A DNA stretch of 64,000 bases from Aquificaceae bacterium (GTDB lineage Bacteria > Aquificota > Aquificia > Aquificales > Aquificaceae), in assembly GCA_037925075.1 (NCBI GenBank), contig JAXSNR010000002.1:96001-160000 (forward strand), written 5' to 3'. The stretch's first letter is position 1, and the number at the start of each line of letters is the position of its first letter. Shown here piece by piece: positions 48,963 to 60,089 of this stretch. Made by a program: the position numbers and the translations under genes. Below the pieces are notes generated by a model that was not told the DNA's origin, made no database searches, and saw nothing but the letters and a program-made list of their open reading frames with translations.

Positions 48963-50327
48963 TTAACCTACCGATTCGTAAATCCTTTTTCTAAACTTGG
49001 CATCCAAAGAGCGCGCGAGCTCTTCTGTTTTTTTCATATCCACACCCTCATAATCCACTGCGGTGGCAACCACTTCAAAGCCTTCCTTTACCGCTTCCTT
49101 TATAAACTCCACCACTTTTTGAAAAGCTTCCGACTGAGCGGGCCTACAAACCCTGTCGTAGGTTTCTTTGTCTGGAGCGTTAAGGCTCACAGACCACACA
49201 TCCACAAGACCCTTTAGCTCTTTAAGTTTTTCCTTTGGTAAAAAGGTAAACATGAGGCCGTTTGTGTCCACGCGGACCTTTCCACCCTTTTCCTTTACCC
49301 ACTTGGCTATCTCTTTTAGGGCGGAAAACCTAAGGGTTGGCTCACCATAGCCACAGAAGACTATCTCCTCGTACCTTTTTGGGTCTCCTATCTCCCTTAT
49401 AACCTCCTCCACAGAAGGGTCTCTTGAAACCCATACCCAGTGGCCCTTTACCATAAAGTTCCTTTCCCTTTCCCTCTGGCAGAAGGCACAGTGAAGGTTG
49501 CACTTGTTTGTGAGGTTTATATAAAGCTTGTTGTTTATCTTGTAGGTTATGGTCTCCTTATGGCCGTTGATGGAGAGGTTAAAAAGGAGTTTGGCGTTCT
49601 CTGAGGTCATCCTGTCTATATCTTCGTAGCTACAGTTGGGCACAAGCTGTGCCATTACCTGTGCGGTGTGGCGTATGTAGGGTGGTTTGTTGGGCTTGCC
49701 ACGCACAGGCTGGGGTGCAAGAAAGGGTGCATCTGTTTCTATAAGTAGTCTGTAGGTGGGTGTTTTCTTTACTACTTCCCTTAGCTCTTGGGCGTTGGGG
49801 TAGGTGATGATGCCCGAGTAGGATATATAAAAGCCCAAGTCCACGCAAGCCTTCATAAACTGGTAAGAACCGGTAAAGCAGTGCATAACTCCACCTACTT
49901 CGTAAGCTTTTTCTTCTTTTAGAATTCTTAGGGTTTCCTCTTCCGCATTCCTTGAATGCACCACTATGGGAAGTCCAAGCTCTCTGGCTATGGCTATCTG
50001 TTTTCTAAAGGTATCTTCTTGCCTTTTCCTGTCGGAATAGTCCTTGTAAAAGTCCAGTCCCATCTCACCAAGGGCTTTTACCTTTGAGTGCTTTTGTGCT
50101 AGCTCCTTCAGCCAAAGGAGGTCTTCATCTCTTACCTTGTACGCCTCATGGGGATGAAAGCCCACCGCACAAAAAACATGAGAGTGTTCCTCTGAGAGTC
50201 TTATGGCGTTTCTTATGGTTTTTCTGTCGTAGCCCACAGTTATAAGGTACTCTAACTCCCTGTCTTGAAGGGTCTCCTCAAGGTCTTCCCTCTTTAAAAG
50301 GTCCAAATGGCAATGGGTGTCTATCAT
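48963..50327 (-). CDS. TatD nuclease fused to a TatD-associated radical SAM domain
   Basis: DTHCH, GFHPH, GEMGLD, HSR, HCF, ETDAP; then LYINLTNKCNLHCAFC, VFCGYGEPT, DTNG. Confidence 0.93.
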   Translation of the reverse strand: MIDTHCHLDLLKREDLEETLQDRELEYLITVGYDRKTIRNAIRLSEEHSHVFCAVGFHPHEAYKVRDEDLLWLKELAQKHSKVKALGEMGLDFYKDYSDRKRQEDTFRKQIAIARELGLPIVVHSRNAEEETLRILKEEKAYEVGGVMHCFTGSYQFMKACVDLGFYISYSGIITYPNAQELREVVKKTPTYRLLIETDAPFLAPQPVRGKPNKPPYIRHTAQVMAQLVPNCSYEDIDRMTSENAKLLFNLSINGHKETITYKINNKLYINLTNKCNLHCAFCQRERERNFMVKGHWVWVSRDPSVEEVIREIGDPKRYEEIVFCGYGEPTLRFSALKEIAKWVKEKGGKVRVDTNGLMFTFLPKEKLKELKGLVDVWSVSLNAPDKETYDRVCRPAQSEAFQKVVEFIKEAVKEGFEVVATAVDYEGVDMKKTEELARSLDAKFRKRIYESVG

Positions 50328-50374
50328 AGTGGTAAAAAAAATAGCAGTCTATAAGGGCTTTTCAATGGCTCTTA

Positions 50375-52357
50375 TCATAGGCTAAAGTGTTCCTTTATCC
50401 TTTTGACTATTTTTTCTGCGGTAAAGCCGAAGTGCTCCATAAGAACTTCTCCCGGTGCGGACTTTCCAAAGGTCTCAAGGCTTATAACAAGGCCCTCAAG
50501 CCCCACATACCTGTACCAACAAAGACCCCTTCCTGCTTCTACCGCCACCCTTTTCCTCACCTCCGCTGGCAATAATGCCCTTTTGTACTCTTCTTCCTGC
50601 CCCTCAAAGACTTCAAAACTGAACATATTCACAACTCTAACCTTTAGGCCCTCTTCCCTTAAGATTTCACCCGCCCTTAGGGCTGGATGTACCTCCGAAC
50701 CGCTGGCAAGTATAAGAAGATCCGGAAGCCCTTCACAATCAAGAAGTGTGTAAGCACCCTTTTTGACGCCTTCCGCGGATGAGTACTTGGACCTGTCTAT
50801 AAGAGGAAGCTTCTGTCTTGTAAGCACGAGGGCTGTTGGTCCCTCCTTTCTCTGGATTGCCATGTCCCAAGCTATTGCGGTCTCATTGGCATCCGCGGGC
50901 CTTAGCACCCAGAGGTTTGGAATAAGCCTCAAAGAGGAGAGCTGCTCCACAGGCTGATGGGTTGGTCCATCTTCACCAAGGCCAATTGAGTCGTGGGTAA
51001 AAACATATATAGCCTGAAGTCTTGACATGCTGGCAAGCCTTATGGATGGCCTCATGTAGTCGGAAAAGACCAAAAAGGTGCCTCCGTAGGGTAGTATGCC
51101 TCCGTGGTATGCCATGCCGTTGAGGATTGTCCCCATGGCATGCTCTCTTACACCAAAATGTAGGTTTCTTCCGGTGGGATTGTCCGCGGAAAAATCACCC
51201 ATGCCATGCAAGTAGGTGTTGTTTGACTCCGAAAGGTCCGCAGAGCCTCCGAAAAGAGTAGGCATGTGTGGTGTTATGGCGTTTAGCACCTTACCGCTTG
51301 CCTGACGGGTTGCCATGGCCTCTGTGAAAACCGGTATGTGCCTTCTGTACTCTTCTCCCCAGCCCCTTTTAAAAGCCCTCAAAAGCTCCTCCGCAAGGTT
51401 AGGGTAGGCTTGACGGTAAGCGTCAAAAAGCCTGTTCCATTCTTCTTCAAGCTCCACACCTCTTTTTATCTTCTCCTCCCTGTAAGCAAAAACCTCCTCA
51501 GGTACATAAAAATCCTCCTCTGGCCAGCCAAAATTCCTCTTTGTCTTAAGGGCATTTTCTCTACCGAGAGGTGCACCATGAACGCTGGCATCATCCTGCT
51601 TTGGAGACCCATAACCAAGATGCGTTCTTACGGATATAAAAGAGGGTCTTTCCTTTTGAGCCATAGCCCTCCTTATGGCTTCTTCTATCTTCTGTAAGTT
51701 GTACCCATCTTCTATATGCTGTACATACCAACCGAAGGCTTCAAACCTTTTGCAGACATCCTCAGACCAAGCAAGGGATGTGGGACCATCTATAGAAACT
51801 TTGTTGTTGTCCCAGAGGACTATGAGCTTGTTTAGCCTCCAGTGTCCCGCAAGCTCTCCCACCTCACAAGAGATGCCCTCCATTAGATCCCCATCGCTCA
51901 CCAAGACAAAGGTGTAATGGTCTATTATGGGAAAGCCTTCTCTGTTGAAGTATGACGCAAGATACTTTTCCGCAAGAGCCATTCCTACCGCATTGCCTAT
52001 GCCCTGTCCAAGGGGTCCCGTGGTGGCTTCTACGCCCGGTGTAAGGAAACTTTCGGGATGTCCTGGGGTTATGCTGTTGAGCTGTCTGAAGTTCTTTAGG
52101 TCTTCCAGTGCAATCTCGTAGCCCATAACAAAGAGAAGTGAATAGAGCATGGCACTGGCATGCCCTGCGGATAGCACAAAGCGGTCCCTGTTTATCCACT
52201 TGGGATTTTTGGGGTTGAACCTCAAAAATCTGTCAAAGATAAGGTAGGCTATGTGGCTTGCACCAAGGGGCATGCCCGGATGCCCAGACTTTGCCCTCTC
52301 CACCTGATCCACACTTAAAAACCTGATAGTGTTTATAAGAAGCTCATCCCTACTCAT
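50375..52357 (-). CDS. tkt: Transketolase
   Basis: [38 protein letters not shown]; start at ATG 52357. Confidence 0.97.
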   Translation of the reverse strand: MSRDELLINTIRFLSVDQVERAKSGHPGMPLGASHIAYLIFDRFLRFNPKNPKWINRDRFVLSAGHASAMLYSLLFVMGYEIALEDLKNFRQLNSITPGHPESFLTPGVEATTGPLGQGIGNAVGMALAEKYLASYFNREGFPIIDHYTFVLVSDGDLMEGISCEVGELAGHWRLNKLIVLWDNNKVSIDGPTSLAWSEDVCKRFEAFGWYVQHIEDGYNLQKIEEAIRRAMAQKERPSFISVRTHLGYGSPKQDDASVHGAPLGRENALKTKRNFGWPEEDFYVPEEVFAYREEKIKRGVELEEEWNRLFDAYRQAYPNLAEELLRAFKRGWGEEYRRHIPVFTEAMATRQASGKVLNAITPHMPTLFGGSADLSESNNTYLHGMGDFSADNPTGRNLHFGVREHAMGTILNGMAYHGGILPYGGTFLVFSDYMRPSIRLASMSRLQAIYVFTHDSIGLGEDGPTHQPVEQLSSLRLIPNLWVLRPADANETAIAWDMAIQRKEGPTALVLTRQKLPLIDRSKYSSAEGVKKGAYTLLDCEGLPDLLILASGSEVHPALRAGEILREEGLKVRVVNMFSFEVFEGQEEEYKRALLPAEVRKRVAVEAGRGLCWYRYVGLEGLVISLETFGKSAPGEVLMEHFGFTAEKIVKRIKEHFSL

Positions 52358-54630
52358 GCCTGAACAAGCTCTTTTCTTAGTTCTTGAGCTACCTCCACCA
52401 TGTTTTTCAGTGAGGGAAGTACCTCTTCCCATCTTCTTGTCTTTAGACCACAGTCAGGGTTTACCCACAGAAGCTCCACAGGCAAAACCTTCATAGCCCT
52501 TTCCAACACAGCCCTGATTTGCTCCTTTGTAGGTATGGCGGGAGAGTGGATATCGTACACACCTATGCCTATCTGCCTGTCCCAACCCTTGAAGCCTTCA
52601 AAGGCTGAAAGGATCTCACCTTTGCTTCTGGACGCTTCTATGGATATCACGTCAAAGTCCATCTGATAGATGTATTCCAGCACATCGTTAAAATCACTGT
52701 AGCACATATGGGTGTGTATTTGGTTTTCTGGCTTAGCCTTGGAGCATAGCCTAAAGGCTTTTACAGCCCAGTCAAAGTACTCTGGCCAATCCCTTCTCTT
52801 GAGAGGTGCCCCTTCCCTAAAGGCTGGCTCGTCAATCTGAACAACCTTTATGCCCGCCCTTTCAAGGTCCTTAACCTCCTCAAGCAAAGCCAAGGCGATC
52901 TGATAGGCTATTTCTCTTTTTGGTATATCTTCTCTGTAGTAGCTCCAGTTTAGTATGGTTACAGGCCCTGTTAGCATGCCCTTTACAGGCTTTTCTGTCA
53001 AAGACTGGGCATAGCTTATCTCCTCTACAGTCATAGGCTTAGGTCTATAAACATCGCCGTATATGATGGGTGGTCTGTAGACCCTTGAGCCATAAGAAAG
53101 TACCCAGCCGTGCCTTGTGGTGGCAATGCCCTCCAACTTTTGGGCAAAGAACTCCACCATGTCCGTCCTTTCAAACTCACCGTGCACCAACACATCAAGC
53201 CCAATCTCCTCCTGAACCCTTATCACATGCTCTATCTGTTTTCTTATAAACTCCTTGTATTCCTCTTCCGTAATCTTGCCAGAGGTGTACGCATTTCTTG
53301 TTTTTCTTACCTCTTCCGTCTGTGGGAAAGAGCCTATGGTGGTGGTAGGAAAAAGGGGAAGCCCTAAAAGGTCTTGCTGAAGCCTTATCCTTTCTGAATA
53401 TGGCACCTCCCTTTCAAAGTCAGAGGTACTAAGAGATGCGACCCTTTTCCTTACCTCTTCCTTTACCCCAAAGGCTTGTTTGGAAAGCCTTTCTGAGTAT
53501 TCTACCTCCTTAAGAGCTTCTTCGTCCCCCTCTAAGGCTCTTTTTAAGGTTTTTAGTTCTCTTAGCTTTTCCTTCGCAAAGGAAAGCCTTTCCTTTAGAC
53601 CTTCTGGCAGGCTGTCCTCTGGCTCCACGCTCACAGGAAGATGGAAAAGGGGGCACGAGTTAGAGATGATAAGGTCTTTGCTAATTTTGGCAAGCTCCTC
53701 CACAAGGCTTAGCTTTTCTCTTAGGTTTGCCCTCCATACGTTCCTACCGTTTATTATGCCCGCTATAAGAGTTTTGCCTTCTGGAAAGCCCTCTTTTCTT
53801 ATGTTTTCAAGGTTTTCTCCGTTGGAAACGAGGTCAAAGCCCAAAGCCTTCACAGGAAGCTCCACAAACCTCCTGTAGTCAGAAACGCTGTCGTAGTAGG
53901 TTATCACAAAAAGGTCCGCATATTTGCTTAGACAGTTATAAGCTTCATGCACCAGATCCCACTCCCATTCCCCCATCTCAAGGCAAAGGGCTGGGTCTTC
54001 CATCATCACCACCTGAGCACCTGCGGACCTAAGGCTTTTGAGGAGCTCTTCATACGCTGGAAAGACTGCGTTCAGGTATTCTTCAAAATCCTCACGTCCT
54101 TCTATCTTTGCAAGCTCATAAAGGGGCAATCCAGCTGTTTCGGACTTCCTTAGCACCTTAGAAAGCTTCAAAAAGGTATATGGTGCTACAACTTTGGGAA
54201 TTGGGTTGTAGCCCTTTTCTTTAAGGTATATGTACTCTTCAAGGGGTATGTTCTTAAAAAGGCTAAAGCTTTTACCTTCCAACTCTGGCACAAGGTAGTG
54301 GTAATTGGTGTTAAAGTACTTGGTCATCTCAAGAGCCTGACCACCCCTTGCCATCTGAAAGTAGGTCTGCACGCCTTGGTACTCTCCAAACCTTTTAGGA
54401 ATTGCACCAAGGGTTATAGCCATATCCAACATAAAGTCATAGTAAGAAAGCTCTCCCGATGGGAAAAGGTCCGCATGTTGGCTACAAAGCCCAGCCATCC
54501 ACGTCTTTAGGGAATCCATCCCATCTATAAAATCCCTCTCCGATATCTTTCCCTTCCAGAAATCCTCAAGGAGACTCTTAAACTCCCTTTTCTCTCCCAA
54601 CTTTGGAAAGCCGTAGGTAAGTGTTTTCAT
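52354..54630 (-). CDS. metE: Cobalamin-independent methionine synthase
   Basis: [44 protein letters not shown]. Confidence 0.97.
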   Translation of the reverse strand: MKTLTYGFPKLGEKREFKSLLEDFWKGKISERDFIDGMDSLKTWMAGLCSQHADLFPSGELSYYDFMLDMAITLGAIPKRFGEYQGVQTYFQMARGGQALEMTKYFNTNYHYLVPELEGKSFSLFKNIPLEEYIYLKEKGYNPIPKVVAPYTFLKLSKVLRKSETAGLPLYELAKIEGREDFEEYLNAVFPAYEELLKSLRSAGAQVVMMEDPALCLEMGEWEWDLVHEAYNCLSKYADLFVITYYDSVSDYRRFVELPVKALGFDLVSNGENLENIRKEGFPEGKTLIAGIINGRNVWRANLREKLSLVEELAKISKDLIISNSCPLFHLPVSVEPEDSLPEGLKERLSFAKEKLRELKTLKRALEGDEEALKEVEYSERLSKQAFGVKEEVRKRVASLSTSDFEREVPYSERIRLQQDLLGLPLFPTTTIGSFPQTEEVRKTRNAYTSGKITEEEYKEFIRKQIEHVIRVQEEIGLDVLVHGEFERTDMVEFFAQKLEGIATTRHGWVLSYGSRVYRPPIIYGDVYRPKPMTVEEISYAQSLTEKPVKGMLTGPVTILNWSYYREDIPKREIAYQIALALLEEVKDLERAGIKVVQIDEPAFREGAPLKRRDWPEYFDWAVKAFRLCSKAKPENQIHTHMCYSDFNDVLEYIYQMDFDVISIEASRSKGEILSAFEGFKGWDRQIGIGVYDIHSPAIPTKEQIRAVLERAMKVLPVELLWVNPDCGLKTRRWEEVLPSLKNMVEVAQELRKELVQA

Positions 54631-54650
54631 GATAGGCACCTCCAGATTTT

Positions 54651-55667
54651 TTAAGGTATTAAATTATAAGCTATCTCCTCTATCTGTTTTATCTTGGGGA
54701 AAGGTTCTGGTTTGGCAAAGATAAAACCTTGAATTAGCTCTACGCCAACCTCAAGGACAAACTCTAACTCCTCCCTTTTTTCTACACCCTCCGCCAGCAC
54801 CTTTATGCCAGCGTCTTTGCAAGCTTGGACGACACCTTTTAAGATGGACTGTTTTAGCTTGTCCTTATGTACATCCCTTATCAACTGCATATCCAACTTT
54901 GCGATATCTGGGTTTATCTCCACAAGCTGATAAAGCCCCGAATAGCCAGCTCCCACATCATCCAAAGCAACACCAATACCCGCCTTTTTAAGAAAAGAAC
55001 TTATGAGCTTTAGAGCCTTTATGTCCATACCTTCATATTCGTCTATCTCCACCACTATCAGCCTTGGGTCTATGCCTTTAGTATGAAGGTTTGCCTCCAG
55101 CTCTCCCACATTTTCCAGCGGGTCCTTTAAGAACTTGGGATGAAAGTTTAAAAAAAGATGGTATTTTCCTCTAAAGAAGCGGGATTTAAACTCTAAAAGA
55201 GCCTTTTCTCTACAGTAGTGGTCAGATATGAAGGCTATTCTGCTACTAACTTCAAACAGCTTCCATATGGGAACCTGTGTTCTGCAAAGAGCCTCAAAAC
55301 CAAAAACCTTTTTGGTTTGAGTAGATATTATGGCATGAAAGAAAGCCCGAGCTTCTCCGAGAACATGGGATAGGCTTTTAAAAACCTTATCCTCTAAAAA
55401 GTCCTTAAGGTTCATACTTTTAAAGCCTAAATTTAACAAAGCTATTGGGTCCTTTCTATCTTCAGGACTACATATAGCTATTCTTAAATCCCTTAAGAAA
55501 TCCTCAGGCATTTCCGATAAGGCTTCCATTACATTTTCTTCAAGACAGTCTATGCCAAACACATCACCGAGCTTTTCATAGCCCAATCCCTTCTCAGACA
55601 TCATCTTTTCAAACTCCTCAGAATGCGTGCCCGCGTATATCAGAAAAGTCTTGCATTCTCTTTCCAT
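54651..55667 (-). CDS. EAL-domain c-di-GMP phosphodiesterase
   Basis: [33 protein letters not shown]. Confidence 0.92.
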   Translation of the reverse strand: MERECKTFLIYAGTHSEEFEKMMSEKGLGYEKLGDVFGIDCLEENVMEALSEMPEDFLRDLRIAICSPEDRKDPIALLNLGFKSMNLKDFLEDKVFKSLSHVLGEARAFFHAIISTQTKKVFGFEALCRTQVPIWKLFEVSSRIAFISDHYCREKALLEFKSRFFRGKYHLFLNFHPKFLKDPLENVGELEANLHTKGIDPRLIVVEIDEYEGMDIKALKLISSFLKKAGIGVALDDVGAGYSGLYQLVEINPDIAKLDMQLIRDVHKDKLKQSILKGVVQACKDAGIKVLAEGVEKREELEFVLEVGVELIQGFIFAKPEPFPKIKQIEEIAYNLIP

Positions 55668-56373
55668 GTTTCACCTCATACATTCTTTTGTCCGCAAGTT
55701 TAAGAAGCTCTTTAAAGTTCTTGCCCTCATCGGGAAAGCAAGAAAATCCGGCGGAAAAGGAAACTTTATAAGGCAGATCCGCGGTTTTTGACTTTAAGGT
55801 TTCCTCCACTCTGTTTATTATAACAAGGGCATCAGAGCATGCCTTTACAAGGGCTAAAACAACAAACTCATCACCACCAAACCTCACCACCACATCCCCA
55901 GACCTAAGGCTCTCCTTTATAGCCTTGGCAAGCTCTCCTATTGCCTTGTCTCCTGCTTCGTGTCCGAAGGTATCGTTTATCTGCTTTAGGTTGTCCATGT
56001 CAAAGAAAAATACCGCATATTTTAACCCAAGTCTCTCATAGTTATCCACCTTTTCCTGCAAAACCTTTTCAAAGTATGTTCTGTTTTTGATACCCGTAAG
56101 TGGGTCTATATATTTTTCTTCTTCCTGTGCTCTTTCTATAACTACAAAGCGGTAGTTTAGGTAGAATATAAAAACCCACATAATATAACCAGAAAAGTTT
56201 AATAACGTGTCCGCGAACACCACCTGCCCTTCAACAAGCTTGCCAGTGGATAGAAGTAAAAAGGCGACCGAATACATAAGTGAGAGCTTTTTGAATAAGC
56301 TATCCCTAACACCCAACCCCAAAGAGAAAAACAAAATGGCAAGTCCTGTTGTAAAATAAGTCTCATAGGGCAT
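55618..56373 (-). CDS. Membrane GGDEF diguanylate cyclase
   Basis: 3 TM; DPLTG, DMDNLKQINDTFGHEAGD, RSGD...RFGGDEF. Confidence 0.93.
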   Translation of the reverse strand: MPYETYFTTGLAILFFSLGLGVRDSLFKKLSLMYSVAFLLLSTGKLVEGQVVFADTLLNFSGYIMWVFIFYLNYRFVVIERAQEEEKYIDPLTGIKNRTYFEKVLQEKVDNYERLGLKYAVFFFDMDNLKQINDTFGHEAGDKAIGELAKAIKESLRSGDVVVRFGGDEFVVLALVKACSDALVIINRVEETLKSKTADLPYKVSFSAGFSCFPDEGKNFKELLKLADKRMYEVKHGKRMQDFSDIRGHAF

Positions 56374-56497
56374 ACTATAATTTTAAAACGAATATAAATA
56401 GGTTGAAGTCAAACTTTTCAGCTTCTTTGAGCTTTTTGCACGGGTCCTAATAAAGAACCAAAGACAGGCTAACTGTACAAATATACAATTTATTATT

Positions 56498-56938
56498 GTG
56501 AAGGGCTTTGTACAAGTTTGCCTTGAGCTTGCAAAAGAGGGCTTTGAAAAGTCTGAAGTCCCTGTAGGTTGTGTGGTGGTAAAGGATGGGGTCCTTCTAG
56601 GCAAGGCTCACAACAGGATGGAGGAGCTCAAAGACCCAACCGCCCATGCGGAAATGCTTGCCCTCAAGGAAGCCATGCAAAGCTTAGGTCAGAAGTACCT
56701 TTATGGGTGTGAGGTGTATGTTAGCTTGGAGCCTTGTCCCATGTGCGCCTATGCCATGGTGTTGGCAAGGGTCGAGAGGGTTGTGTTTCTTGCCACCGAT
56801 GAGAAATGCGGTGCGGTGATGAGCAGGTTTAATCTCTTTGATGAGCCTTATTTTAACCACAGGGTAAGATGGGAATACCTACCAGTGGAGGACGCTTGGA
56901 GGCTTCTGAGGGAGTTCTTTAAAGGAAGAAGGGTCTAA
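56498..56938 (+). CDS. tadA: tRNA adenosine(34) deaminase
   Basis: EVPVG, DPTAHAE, LEPCPMC, NH, FF. Confidence 0.92.
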   Translation: MKGFVQVCLELAKEGFEKSEVPVGCVVVKDGVLLGKAHNRMEELKDPTAHAEMLALKEAMQSLGQKYLYGCEVYVSLEPCPMCAYAMVLARVERVVFLATDEKCGAVMSRFNLFDEPYFNHRVRWEYLPVEDAWRLLREFFKGRRV

Positions 56939-56939
56939 T

Positions 56940-59306
56940 ATGTCCGAAAACAGATTGGAAAAGGCTATAAAGCTCATAAAGGACCTCTCTCAGGAAGACT
57001 ACAAGCTTCTCAAAAGAAGTTTTGGCACTGGTCTGTACCTTTTTAACCTCCTAAGGGAAAGCCTTGAACCCTCTTACCTTGAAATGCTAAAGGGCTTTGA
57101 CCGTCTTCCCTTTGAGAAAAAGAAGGCCATACTAAAGAGCCTTGAAGAACGACTAAGGCATCCCTTACCTACGCTGGAGGTAGACTTTTCCCATGTGGAG
57201 AAAAGGCCCATAGAGGCTTTTTTCAAACCCATAGACAGTCTTAAGATGCTCAATGAGAGGGAAAAGAAGACCCTCAAGGCTTTTGGCATAAAGGACCTTT
57301 ACTCCGCCTTGTGGTTTGCCCCTTTGAGATACGAAGACAGAAGGCTCATTTACACCGTAAGGACCGCAAAGCCTGGGCAGAAGGTCGCTTTGAAGGTTAA
57401 GGTGGTTTCCACGGGCTACAACCAGCAAGAAAAATACCCTGCATGGGTTTTGTGCGAGGACGGTACGGGCAGTCTTTACCTGAGGTTTCGCTACAAGGAC
57501 CAAAGGCCCCTCTATGCCTTCAGAAGGGGACAGGAGCTAGTGGTTTATGGAAGGCTCAAGGAGTTTGCGGGCGAGAAGTACATGGTTCATCCTGAGTTTC
57601 TCAAGGAGGAGGAATCGGGTAGGATTTTGCCCTTTTATTACATAAGGGTGGATGGTGAGCTAAAAAGCATATCCGCAAAGAGGAGACATCAGAATATCAG
57701 GAGCGTACTCCACAAGCTTTCTGAAATGGCAAAGTTCATGCCCGAATACTTGCCTCATGACCTTCTCAAAGAGAGAAAGCTTACGCCCATTGGAGAAAGT
57801 CTGTACCTTCTGCACAGGCCTGTAGGCTTTACCGAAGAAGAGCTTAATAGCTTTTCCACACCCTTTCAGAAAAGGCTCATATACGAAGACCTCTTTTTCT
57901 TCCAGCTTGCCCTTCAGGTTATAAGGTCACAGGTAAAAAGCCAGCCTGCGGTAGCCCTAAGAGACCCAGAAGGACATGTGGAGGAGTTTTTGGCTTCTTT
58001 GCCTTTTAGTCTTACTCAGGCTCAGAGGAGGGTTTTGCAGGAGATAATGGCGGACATCAAGGACAAAAAGCCCATGAATAGGCTTTTGCAGGGTGATGTG
58101 GGAAGTGGGAAGACGGTGGTTGCCATGGCTATAGCTTATGCCTTTGCAAAGGAAGGCTATCAGAGTGCCATAATGGTGCCTACGGAGATACTGGCGGTCC
58201 AGCATTTTGAGAACTTTAAAAGGTTTCTTGAGCCTCTCAATGTTCATATAGGGCTTTTGACGGGTTCAGTAAGAGGTTCTATAAGAAAAAGCGTGCTTTT
58301 CCATACAAAGAAGGGAAATATCCATGTGCTTATAGGCACCCATGCACTCATACAGGATAAGGTGGAGTTTAATAGTCTTGGCTTTGTTGTGGTTGACGAA
58401 CAGCACCGCTTTGGTGTTATGCAGAGGAAGCTTCTTTTAGAAAAGGGTGGAGGCTTCTACCCTCATAGCCTTGTGATGAGTGCCACTCCCATACCTAGGA
58501 CCCTTGCCCTCTCCTTGTATGGAGACCTTGACCTTTCTGTTATAGACCAGATGCCCGCAGGCAGAAAGCCCGTCATCACCAAGCTCTTCTTTGAGTCGGA
58601 GTTTGACAAGGTTTTGTCCAAGGTGGAGGAGGAGCTTTCAAAGGCGAACAAAGTCTATGTTATCTATCCCCTCATTGAGGAGTCTGAGAGCCTTGCCCTC
58701 AAGTCAGCCATAAAGGAATACGAAAGGTGGAGGAGCCTTTTTCCCGAAAGGGAGGTGCTTTTGCTTCATGGAAGGTTAAAGGAAGAGGAAAAGAGGGAGG
58801 TTATGGAAAGGTTCAAGGGTGGTGGAGATATACTCGTTTCCACCACTGTGGTGGAGGTGGGAGTGGATGTGCCCACCGCAACCCTTATGATCGTGGAGTC
58901 CGCACACCGCTTTGGACTTTCTCAGCTTCATCAACTCAGAGGAAGGGTAGGAAGGTCAGACAAGCAAGCTTACTGCTACCTTGTGGTACCTGATGAGCTA
59001 AGGAAAAACAGGGACGCCATAAAAAGGCTTGGGATATTGGTAAGGTCCAACAACGGCTTTGAGATAGCGGAGGAGGACCTCAAGATACGCGGTCCCGGAG
59101 AGCTCTTGGGTGTTTCTCAGTCGGGATACTTTGGCTTTATGGTGGCAAACCTCGCAAGGGCTCAGGACAGGGCTATGCTTGAGCTTGTTAGGGAGGATGC
59201 AAAAAGGCTCCTTGAGAAGGACCCGCAACTTAAAAAGCATCCAGACCTAAGGAAAATACTGATTCGCAGGTACGGTGAAAAGATGGATTTTTCCTACATG
59301 GCATAA
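56940..59306 (+). CDS. recG: ATP-dependent DNA helicase RecG
   Basis: QGDVGSGKT, DEQHRFG, SATPIPR, QLRGRVGR, RGPGE. Confidence 0.97.
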   Translation: MSENRLEKAIKLIKDLSQEDYKLLKRSFGTGLYLFNLLRESLEPSYLEMLKGFDRLPFEKKKAILKSLEERLRHPLPTLEVDFSHVEKRPIEAFFKPIDSLKMLNEREKKTLKAFGIKDLYSALWFAPLRYEDRRLIYTVRTAKPGQKVALKVKVVSTGYNQQEKYPAWVLCEDGTGSLYLRFRYKDQRPLYAFRRGQELVVYGRLKEFAGEKYMVHPEFLKEEESGRILPFYYIRVDGELKSISAKRRHQNIRSVLHKLSEMAKFMPEYLPHDLLKERKLTPIGESLYLLHRPVGFTEEELNSFSTPFQKRLIYEDLFFFQLALQVIRSQVKSQPAVALRDPEGHVEEFLASLPFSLTQAQRRVLQEIMADIKDKKPMNRLLQGDVGSGKTVVAMAIAYAFAKEGYQSAIMVPTEILAVQHFENFKRFLEPLNVHIGLLTGSVRGSIRKSVLFHTKKGNIHVLIGTHALIQDKVEFNSLGFVVVDEQHRFGVMQRKLLLEKGGGFYPHSLVMSATPIPRTLALSLYGDLDLSVIDQMPAGRKPVITKLFFESEFDKVLSKVEEELSKANKVYVIYPLIEESESLALKSAIKEYERWRSLFPEREVLLLHGRLKEEEKREVMERFKGGGDILVSTTVVEVGVDVPTATLMIVESAHRFGLSQLHQLRGRVGRSDKQAYCYLVVPDELRKNRDAIKRLGILVRSNNGFEIAEEDLKIRGPGELLGVSQSGYFGFMVANLARAQDRAMLELVREDAKRLLEKDPQLKKHPDLRKILIRRYGEKMDFSYMA

Positions 59307-60082
59307 AAGGGTGGTGTGCATGCAAGAAACCTGAGCCCGAAGTAAAACTTCCATATGCGAAAGCGGTAGGTATAAGCCTGCAAGCTATAATTACCGCCTT
59401 CCTTGATAGGTTCTCTTATGGACCTTTGGTCAAAGACCTTATATAGGTTGCCATCCTTTAAAAGGATAATCAGCACTTTACTTTCAAAAAAGCTAACGCT
59501 TAAGACCGCGGGGGTTTTTAATTGGTCGCCCGGGAAGAAAAAGCCTGTGCTTGAGTAAGCATAAATTTGTGGATTTTTGTCTCCTACAAAGGGTATGAAC
59601 CTCTTCTCTTCTTGAGAACCACACTGACTTGAATAGTAGAGATTTTTCCTCTTTCCCAGTATAAAGCTATAGGTGGGTATGTCCCTTGTCCAAAGAGAGA
59701 TCACAATGGGCATGTCTGACGCCAAGGGTTGGCAAGGGCTTTGTCTCATAAGGGAGTAGGGGTCTGAAGGGTCTTCAAGGAGGACCTTCTTGGGTATGTA
59801 CTCAAAGAAAAGGTAAAAAAGCCACTTCCAGAACCCAAGGTCCTTGTAGCCTGTTGCTCCATCTTCCACATGGCAGGCATGCATACCTCTTTTACTTAAC
59901 TCCTCCTCAAGCCTTTTGGGGTTTCCTAAGGGGCTGTTGTAGACGCTAGGAGGGTTTATCGCGCAGGCACACTGTCTTTGGAAGGGTATGGGCACTGGTG
60001 ATGGTATGGAGTAGTGTACGTGGGCAAAATAGGTAGCGGGCATGCAATGATACAGAAAAAAGCCAACTAAATAAAAGCTCAA
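59294..60082 (-). CDS. Hypothetical protein, degenerate relative of the PHP protein at 1735
   Basis: C-terminal YTYRFRIWKFYFGL matches YTYKFRLWRFYFGL; TTG start uncertain. Confidence 0.6.
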   Translation of the reverse strand: MSFYLVGFFLYHCMPATYFAHVHYSIPSPVPIPFQRQCACAINPPSVYNSPLGNPKRLEEELSKRGMHACHVEDGATGYKDLGFWKWLFYLFFEYIPKKVLLEDPSDPYSLMRQSPCQPLASDMPIVISLWTRDIPTYSFILGKRKNLYYSSQCGSQEEKRFIPFVGDKNPQIYAYSSTGFFFPGDQLKTPAVLSVSFFESKVLIILLKDGNLYKVFDQRSIREPIKEGGNYSLQAYTYRFRIWKFYFGLRFLACTPPFYAM

Positions 60083-60089
60083 AAGGAAC

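Noticed and set aside
56400..56476. GCACGGGTCCTAA...GACAGGC looked like part of a c-di-GMP-I (GEMM) riboswitch next to the GGDEF gene
   Set aside because: No GAAA-tetraloop stem or GCAAA elements were found, pairing is poor, and it points toward tadA; an Infernal search with the c-di-GMP-I model would settle it.
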